From positions 38,307,729 through 38,371,728 of the forward strand of contig NC_052158.1 of NCBI RefSeq assembly GCF_902713615.1: 64,000 nt of DNA, written 5' to 3'. How positions within the stretch are numbered: the stretch's first letter is position 1; each line of letters begins with the position of its first letter. This document shows, piece by piece, positions 56,201 through 64,000 of this stretch. A program made the position numbers and the translations under genes. Under the pieces are notes generated by a model. The model saw only the letters and a program-made list of their open reading frames with translations. It did no database searches and was not told where the DNA came from. Source of the stretch: Scyliorhinus canicula. Lineage: Eukaryota.

Positions 56201-58928
56201 AAGGGACACCTGCAATGCCTTCCTACTCTTGCTCTGTCTTTTGGTCACCAATTTTCTATCTACCTCAGTAACCTTCACCTGCGGTGTGACCAACTCGCTA
56301 AACGTTCTATCCACGACATCCCCAGCATCGCGGATGCTCCAAAGTGAGTCCATTTGCAGCTCCAGAGCCATCAGGCAGTCTAACAGGAGCTGCAACTGGA
56401 CACACTTCTTGCACGTGAAGGAGCCAGGGACAGCGGACATGTCCCTGAGCTCCCACATCCCACACGAGGAGCATGACATGGGTCTGGGATCTTCTGCCAT
56501 GTCTTAAACCTTAGGTTAACTTATACAACTACAATTCCAAAAAAAAACAAAAGAAAAAATAAATAAATAAATCAGACAATGAAAAGAAAAACTACTTACC
56601 AGTCACTGACCAGGGTTAAAAAGCACCTCCTCCCTCCAAGCTTCGAATTCCCACCTAGCTTCAAATTCCCAAACTCACTCTTTGCTGTGTCTCACTCTGG
56701 CTGTGTTTTCTCTTCATGCCCTCTCCTAGCTCTCCTAATCCCTTTCTTCAGTTCCCTCCTGGCTATCTTGTATTCCTCCAGCGCCCTGTCTGAACCTTGT
56801 TTCCTCAGCCTTACATGTCTCCCTCTTAACAGGACATTCAACCTTTCTTGTCAACCATGGTTCCCTCACTCGACCATCTCTTCCCTGCCTGACAGGGACA
56901 TACATATCAAAGACACGTAGTATCTGTTCCTTGAACACGTTCCACATTTCAATTGTGTCCTTCCCTGACAGCCCATGTTCCCAACTTATGCACTTCAATT
57001 CTTGTCTGACAGCATCGTATTTACCCTTCCCCCAATTGTAAACCTCGCCCAGTTGCACACACCTATCCCTCTCCATTACTAAAGTGAAAGTCACAGAATT
57101 GTGGTCACTATCTCCAAAACGCCCCCCCACTAACAAATCTATCACTTGCCCTGGTTCATTACCAAGTACCAAATCCAATATGGCCTCCCCTCTGGTCGGA
57201 CAATCTACATACTGTGTTAGAAAAGCTTCCTGGACACACTGCACAAACATCACCCCATCCAAACTATTTGATCTAAAGAATTTCCACTCAATATTTGGGA
57301 AGTTGAAGTCACCCATGACTACTACCCTGTGACTTCTGCACCTTTCCAAAATCTGTTTCCCAATCTGTTCCTCCACATCGCTGCTGCTATTGGGGGGCCT
57401 ATAGAAAACTCCCAACAAGGTGACTGCTCCTTTCCTCTTTCTGACTTCAACCCATACTATCTCAGTAGGCAGATCCTTCTCTAACTGCCTTTCTGCAGCT
57501 GTTATACTATCTCTAATTAACAATGCACCACCCCACCTGCCTAATCTTATTGAAACATCTACAACCAGGAACCTCCAACAACCATTTCTGCCCCTCTTCT
57601 ATCCAAGTTTCCGTGATGGCCACCACATCGTAGTCCCAAGTACCGATCCATGCCTTAAGTTCACCCACCTTATTCCTGATGCTTCTTGTGTTTAAGTATA
57701 TACACTTCAACCCATTTCCGTGCTTGCAAGCACTCTCCTTTGGCAGTGTTACCTTCCCCACTGCCTCACTACACGCTTTGACGTCCTGAACATCGGCTAC
57801 TTTAGTTGCTGGACTACAAATCCGGTTCCCATTCCCCTGCCAAATTAGTTTAAACACTCCGAAGACTACTAGAAAACCTCTCTCCCAGGATATTAGTGCC
57901 CCTCTGGTTCGGATGCAACCCATCCTGCATGTACAGGTCCTACCTTCCCCAGAATGTACTCCAATAATCCAAATACCTGGAGTCCTCCCTCTACACCATT
58001 CCTGCAGCCACATGTTCAACTGCACTCTCTCCCTATTCCTAGCCTCGCTACCTCGTGGCACCGGCAACAAACCAGAGATGTCAACTCTGTCCTGGCTTTT
58101 AACTTCCAGCCTAACTCCCGAAACTAGTTTATTACATCCACACCCCTTTTCCTAACTATGTTGTTGGTACCAATGTGCACCACGAGTTCTGGCTATTCAC
58201 CCTCCCCCTTAAGGATCCTGAATACACAATCTGAGACATCCCTGGCCCTGGCATCCGGGAGGCAACATACCTTCCGAGAGTCTCACTCGCGGCCACAGAA
58301 TCTCCTATCAATTCTCCTAACCATTGAGTTTCCTATCACTATTACTTTTCTATTCTCCCCCCCCCCCCCTTCCCCTCTAAGCCCCAGAGCCAGACTCAGT
58401 GCCAGGGACTTGGCCATGAGGGCCTTCCCCCGGTAGATCAGCCCTCCCAACAGCATCCAAAATGGTTTACTTGTTTTGAAGAGGAACGAGGGATCCCTGC
58501 ACTGTCTGCCCATTTGTTTTCTTTCCGCTGACTGCAACCCAGCTACTCTTGTCCTGTACCTAGGGTGTGGCTACCTCCCTGTAACTCTTCTCTATTACCC
58601 CCTCTGCCTCCCGGATGATCTGAAGTTGCTCCAGTTCCAGTTCCCTAATACGGTCTCTGAGGAGCTGGAGTTGGGTGCACTTCCCACAGGTATAGTCAGC
58701 GGGGACACCGGTGGTATCCCTCACCACCCACATCCTAAAGGAGGAGCATGCAACTGCCCTAGCCTGCATCCCCTCTTACCTTACAGAATATAGCTGCACT
58801 ATGGACCAACTGGAACTCCGCCTTCTGACTTTGCTCCCAGTCAGCTGCAGTCTCTGTAAACTCCGGGCTCCCTTCTCGCTCTTTTGAGACAAAATGAGAG
58901 GACGACCTTACGCCGTCCTCACCTAACT

Positions 58929-59328
58929 CTCTCAGTCACCACTCTCACTATAGCACTCAAATGCACCCAAATTCAGCACTCCCTCAGTTACCAAACTCTC
59001 ACTATAGCACTCAAATACACCCAAATTCAGGACTCAGTGCAAACAAAGTCAACACTGTAACTACCTCAGATTTATACTGTGACTCGAGCCTCTGAAAACT
59101 GGCCTAATCCAATTAACTAATTGACAAGCTCCAGCTGCAAGTAGCTACAAGTAGAACCTTTGTTTAAAGCTGATTGAAAATTAACCTTCTTCTCAACCAA
59201 ACAGCAACTTTAAAGTTAATTAACGAAATAAAAGACTAGAATTTTGATAAAAATTAAAAATAAACCCTTAATATCCCTCAGTCACCAAACTTTCACTATA
59301 GTACTCAAATGTACCCAAATTCAGCACT
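58929..59328. repeat. About 54-nt repeat, three copies, in the CR1 5' UTR
   Basis: Unit ccctcagtcaccaaactctcactatagcactcaaatgcacccaaattcagcact at 58929-58980, 58981-59034 and 59275-59328. Confidence 0.85.
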
Positions 59329-59756
59329 CATTGTGTTTTTGTTCATTAACTATTGAGTGTTCATGTTTGTGTCCAGTGAAGTATTCGTGACTCATGGGAC
59401 ATGACTAAACTCACAGGTTCAGCTGACCCACCCTTCTATACAGTGTGAGGACTTTGCCTGAGATCTCTCTCATTGGGGATCACGGAGATGTAGGTGGATT
59501 CACTAGCCTGTGATGACTCTGCCAGCCACCACCCTGATATAGACCCACATTTGTGAACATCCTGACACCCTATCCTTAGTCCCCGCAATGCTTCACTTCA
59601 TTGTCCCCACAACAATCCGAGTATCAAGTCCTTCCCTCTTCCCTTGTCCATGCCATCAACCCCATCATCTTGCATCCCTTGGAACAGTTTTCCACTCCGC
59701 CATTCACCCGAGCCCCTATCAACCAGCACCCTAACTCATCCTTTCCAATTACATAT

Positions 59757-59878
59757 CTCCATGAACGCTGCAGTTTTACTGATCCTCTCCATGAAAGCTG
59801 CAGGTTTACTGCTCCTCTCCATGAAAGCTGGTTTTACTGCTCCTCTCCATTAAAGATGCAGTTTTACTGCTCCCCTCC
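59757..59878. repeat. 30-bp minisatellite, 4 copies
   Basis: Unit atgaaagctgcagttttactgctcctctcc. Confidence 0.9.
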
Positions 59879-61384
59879 ACACAGTTCAACGAGGAAATCT
59901 GCTGACCTCAGACACAATGGCATACATTTGAAGATCACTTGTGTCACCTTTGTTTTATGTCAATAGAAATGGAGTTGGACAGATAAGTTTTGTTTTACTC
60001 ATGTCAAGGGGCATGCCACATGAAGAGAGGCTGAGCCAGATTCCAAAGGATTCTCATTGGTTCCATATAGGCAGGATGTTTTTTTTTTAAAGCTTCACGC
60101 TCATGAATAGTCATGGAATGCAAATCTATTATTAGAGCAAACCCGCCACACGGTGGCATAAGGCCCAACATGTCCGTTTTGACTAAACACCGGCAGCTCA
60201 CCCCATGGTCAGGAAATTGTAAATCTGCATCCCGCCAAATTCAGTCACCCTATTCCAGCTCTTACAGGATCCATAACATTCGCCTGATGTGTGTCTCCTT
60301 CGAATGGATGGATGAAGGTTTCAAGTCCCTGGTAACTAACTATCAGGTTGCCCGGGGAAAATAAGAAAGTGGTCAGAAAAAGCCCGTTCCATGGAATTCA
60401 CTAATTCTGCTGCTGGTCGAATGGAAGTTTCAGCTCAGTCAGAGACATCTTAGCACCTCACACAGGTTTTCAACTGGCAATGTCCCTTTCGTAGCCCCCA
60501 TTGTGCGATATTAAAGAAAGTTACTCAAAACGAGCAGCATCACGCAGCAGGGAAATGAAGATTTGATTGGACACGAGTGCATGGCCACAAGGTCGTTCAA
60601 TAATTTCAAGCTTAATTGAAGCATAATCATTGCGGCTGAGAAATTACTGATTCTAAAATGCTTCGATATTCGAGGCCATCAGGTTAGCCACACCTGTTGA
60701 CATGGTCCTGGTCCAAGCTCAACATATTGTTAGTATTGGGGCAGAATTGGGCCTGCAACGGCAGAGTTCACGAGACAAATGAAACACCAGCCCAGATTGA
60801 GACAGAATTCTGGTAGTATATGGATTTCGAGGCAGAGTTTTCAACACCCCAGTTTGATGTTAGCATCCTTCTAACATAAGACTATAACTATGTAGAGTTG
60901 TAAAATCACAGAATGGTTAGAGCGCTGCAGCAGGCGATCAGCTTGTCATGCCATGCTGGCTCTTGTGAGAACAGCTGGGCTATTCATGCTATCCGGCTCT
61001 GAATAGTTTTTCTCTGAAGGTGTTTACCTAAATTCGTTTTTGAAAACCACGATTAAATCTGTCTCCACTACATTCTCCACTCCTGCATTCCAAGTCCTAG
61101 CCACTTGTGCTGCTGTGTTGCTATTTGATTATTTTTTTAAAAATTGGTGTTTTCTGGTCTTCAACTCTTACACACTGGGGACAGTTTTTCCCGGCCAAAC
61201 AATCCCAATTCAAACCTTTATTTGAAACATCCACAGTTTTGCCAAGCTAACAATCTTGGAACCGTTCTTGTAAATCGCGATGGAGCTGTGACACCCTTCC
61301 TAAGGTGCGGAGACTAGAACTGGATATTCCAGTTGCAGGCAACTGTGTTGCAGGCAACTGTGTTTTTATTAATGTTCGTCATAA

Positions 61385-61645
61385 TTGTTCCAAATATTTT
61401 TTCACGTGTTGCACTTGAATTGAGAAGCCATTTAAGATTCAATCACATTGCTGTGGGTCAGGTGTCACGTGCGGGCCAGATTAGATAAAGATGACAGATT
61501 TCTAGTGAACCAGATGGGTTTTTATGACAGCCGATTGTTTATGGTCACCATTCACTTGTACTAGACTTTTACTGGATTCATATCGCACCATCGGCCCTGG
61601 TGGGATTCAAACCCAGAGTTGAATGACTACCTCACTATGCCACCA
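61385..61645 (-). mobile_element. Deu-domain SINE
   Basis: tagtgaaccagatgggtttttatgacag...ggtcaccatt core; tRNA-like head on the reverse strand. Confidence 0.6.
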
Positions 61646-61895
61646 CCTTGCAGACTTCTTGATTTATACTTTCCTGCCTCGATTTGGAAAGCACAGCATT
61701 TTTAAGCTTTTACTTTCTATCTGCCCTGTCAGCTTCAACACCTTTGGCACGTGTTCCAAGGTTCCTGCACCTGCTTCAACATTTAACAAAATAGTTTACA
61801 TTGCATTTCCAAATCTTTCGACCAACTTCCCGCTTCTCTTCATTAGAATTTCTCCGCCTCTAGTTCACCTATTCCACCAACTTCGCCACGTCCGT

Positions 61896-61960
61896 TCAAA
61901 GTCCATCAGAATGACCATTGCAGTGCGCAATATTTCTGAGTTTTGTGTCAACGGCAAATT
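61896..61960 (-). CDS. Probable terminal (cytoplasmic) coding exon of the minus-strand membrane protein (E-FAVDTKLRNIAHCNGHSDGL*)
   Basis: Acceptor gtgttcttatttcag|. The frame is open in phase 1 up to TGA. Minus-strand AATAAA at 61365-61370. Confidence 0.35.
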
Positions 61961-61974
61961 CTGAAATAAGAACA

Positions 61975-62215
61975 CACCAGTGACCCCCAGAGAAAGTGGC
62001 ATGAGCCATTCATCCAGTCTGAACAGACAGGCCAGCTTCTTCCCTCTCCGGTAACTGCCGGTCAGCTAACTCTGCCATCCTGACCTGGTCTGACCTCCAT
62101 GGGACTCCAGATCCTTATTCATGTGGTTGACTGTTAAATAGCCCAGGACATCACAGTTTAATGGGAATTTGGGATGGGCAATGTGCCGGCTGACATCCTA
62201 TGAATGTTTCTTTTT
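61975..62215 (+). mobile_element. Deu-domain SINE 3' part
   Basis: ctgccatcctgacctggtctgacctccatgggactccagatcc...gtggttgactgttaaat...gggatgggcaatgtgccggc. Confidence 0.55.
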
Positions 62216-62754
62216 AAAACACGACACCACTCACTCTTGCCAACTTTCTGTCCATTGACAGTTGCCCGATTTACTGTTGTGTAACTAATGTCCACATATT
62301 TGCCATATCAGGCCTGGCTGCAGACTTGCTGCCAAGTGCACAAAATAAAAAGTTAATGAAATGTGTTAGAGGGCCGGTGGAAAATCGTCCATTTTCCACT
62401 GTGACTAAATAGTGAAATTCCCTCATGCGTCCCCCAATCGGCACTATTTACAGATTTCCCGCTCTCGTTTGATTAATGAACTAGATCGACTGAGTCATTA
62501 GCTGGCATGTTGCGTTGACAACCAAGATCAATTTCACATCCTGAATCCGTTAATAAAGAATTTAATCGCAAAATCACTGTACAAAGACCACAAAGATTTC
62601 AAAATACCCACTTAAACACGGGGCATTCTTCAGCCCCATCAATTCGTACAGCCATGTTTTCTTCAGGTGAGCAAATATTCCTAATCGCATTGACCCCATT
62701 CTCATATTCCTTCAACTACTTTTTCCTTCATCATCTGTCCAATCTAATCTTAAA

Positions 62755-63200
62755 TCACAGGATCACAGAACTGTTATGACACAGAAAGAGGTCATTTGGC
62801 CCATTGTGTCTGTACCGGCTCTCCGAATGAGCATTATGACTTAGTGTCATTGCCCTGCCTTTTCTCCGTACCTCTGCACATTGTTTCTATTCAAATAATC
62901 ATCTAATGCCCTATTGAATGCCTTGATTGAACCATTCGCTGTGAAAAAGCTTTTTCTCACATCACATTTTCTGCTTTTGCAAATCAGTTTAAATCTGTGC
63001 CCAGTCGTTCTTTATAATTTTAGGAGCGGAAACAGTTTTCCTCTATCTACTCTGTCCAGCCCCCTCATATTTTGAACATCTCTATTAAATCTCCTCTTTG
63101 CCTTCTTCTCTCGAAGGAAAATCTTCGCAAAGTCTCCAATCTAAGCTCATAACTGATTTTTTTCATTCCTGGAGCACTTCTTTAAATGTTGGCAGAGGCC
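62755..63200 (-). mobile_element. Old CR1 3' fragment
   Basis: CR1 tail (cacagaactgttatgacacagaaagaggtcatttggccc) and 3' region (aaatctcctctttgccttctt). Confidence 0.7.
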
Positions 63201-63628
63201 CTGGCTGAAGTTCTTTCACTCCTCGTCTCTGTCTAAATAATTTTACCTGTTGTGACTTAAGACAGTGCACACCATTTGGTAGACATTATCTGAGTGAATC
63301 CTGTCTGTCACTTTCCTGAAGCTCAATGTGCCCCTGCCATGGGAAGTTCAACACTGCAAACAGTGTTCTTACTGAGCTCATATTAAGCTGACACGCAGGT
63401 TCATCATTGCTTCTTGACTTTCATATTCTACATTTCTTTGGATGAAACCCAGGATCCCACCAGGAAACAGTTCCATGATGAAATTGCAGTTCTTACTCAA
63501 TTTAAGCCATGAGCTAATTGACTGCTATAACTAATATTCACAAATAAAATATAACCATGGGTCCAGGTGAGAAAATATGTTGTGCAGGGTTGCTGTGCAA
63601 TATTTATTTTTAAATGCCCTCGTCTTAC

Positions 63629-63733
63629 CTCTTTGCCTTCTCCATTTTAGATATATTAGAATAATGATTGCCAATGACACCACTACACCCGCGACAATCA
63701 GCCCCACGTGTTCGTCTTTCTTCGTCTTTCCTT
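63629..63733 (-). CDS. Transmembrane exon of an unidentified type I membrane protein
   Basis: 105-nt exon with acceptor gttgcag| and donor |gtaaga, phase 1/1. Encodes (E)GKTKKDEHVGLIVAGVVVSLAIIILIYLKWRRQR: a hydrophobic helix followed by a basic stop-transfer signal. Confidence 0.75.
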
Positions 63734-63774
63734 CTGCAACATATTGCAAAGAGGGTTTCATTTTAGATTTACAG

Positions 63775-63945
63775 GTTAGGTGGATTGGCAATGCTAAAAT
63801 TTGTGTCTTAGTATCCAAAGATATGCAGGTTAATTGGGGTTACAGGAATAGGGTGCAGGAGAGGACCTAGATAGGGTGCTCTTTCAGAGGGTCGGTGCAA
63901 ATTCGATGGGCCGAATGGCCTCCTTTTGCTCTGTAGATATTCTAT
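63775..63945 (+). mobile_element. V-SINE 3' half
   Basis: caggttaggtggattggcaatgctaaa...gatgggccgaatggcctccttttgctctgtag. Confidence 0.75.
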
Positions 63946-64000
63946 GGACATACAGATACGCATTCCTTTATGACACCTAATGCCATACGTTGATACATGG

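Larger units (their letters stand above)
49330..56712 (-). mobile_element. Full-length CR1 (about 4.4 kb net) nested in the previous CR1
   Basis: ORF1 55865-56500 (CSSCGMW...CKKC zinc finger; SGNH esterase-like IVIGDSI...VHIGTND), endonuclease (YLNARRI...ITETWL; MGDFN; SDH), RT in two halves (53258-54100, 49610-50290), and an (aagaacat) tail at 49330. Confidence 0.92.
47495..59330 (-). mobile_element. Full-length CR1 (about 4.4 kb net), split into 47495-49329 and 56717-59330 by another CR1
   Basis: The RT/3' part (47567-48969) is of the same family as 3010-4572. The endonuclease (57513-58070, 56735-57523) and ORF1 (58158-58769; CSSFRMW...CGKCTQLQLL, VIVIGNS) join it across the junction aaagatttttca|tgccctctc. 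TTCA is duplicated. Confidence 0.85.

Overview
Shark-type (elasmobranch) eukaryotic genomic DNA, inferred from HE1-like V-SINEs, Deu-domain SINEs and CR1 LINE families. Most of the window is transposon-derived. Host genes: a tandem, same-strand array of two-exon class A GPCRs of the GPR139/GPR142-like group. It has one intact gene (37940-45204), one gene whose ORF is complete only from a non-homologous upstream ATG (8344-10562), and one pseudogene split by a Penelope element (13870-16240). A phase 1/1 transmembrane exon and a probable terminal exon of an unidentified minus-strand type I membrane protein lie at the right end. The 19.6-34.6 kb block resolves through target-site duplications (TSDs) into nested insertions. 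An L1 (13-bp TSD) contains a solo LTR and an 8-kb epsilon-like endogenous retrovirus (ERV), each with a 5-bp TSD. The ERV has a tRNA-Ser primer site, gag-TAG-pro readthrough and a 2H-phosphoesterase-like domain between protease and RT. It also carries a CR1, a Gypsy gag-pro fragment replacing part of integrase, and a 91-bp hammerhead-ribozyme module. A second ERV remnant (tRNA-Phe primer site) sits in a GPCR intron. At 47.5-59.3 kb, one full-length CR1 is inserted in another, and the inner copy is interrupted by a GC-rich TIR element expanded by about 2.5 kb of G/C-rich minisatellites and hairpins. All assignments are by eye; no database searches were run.
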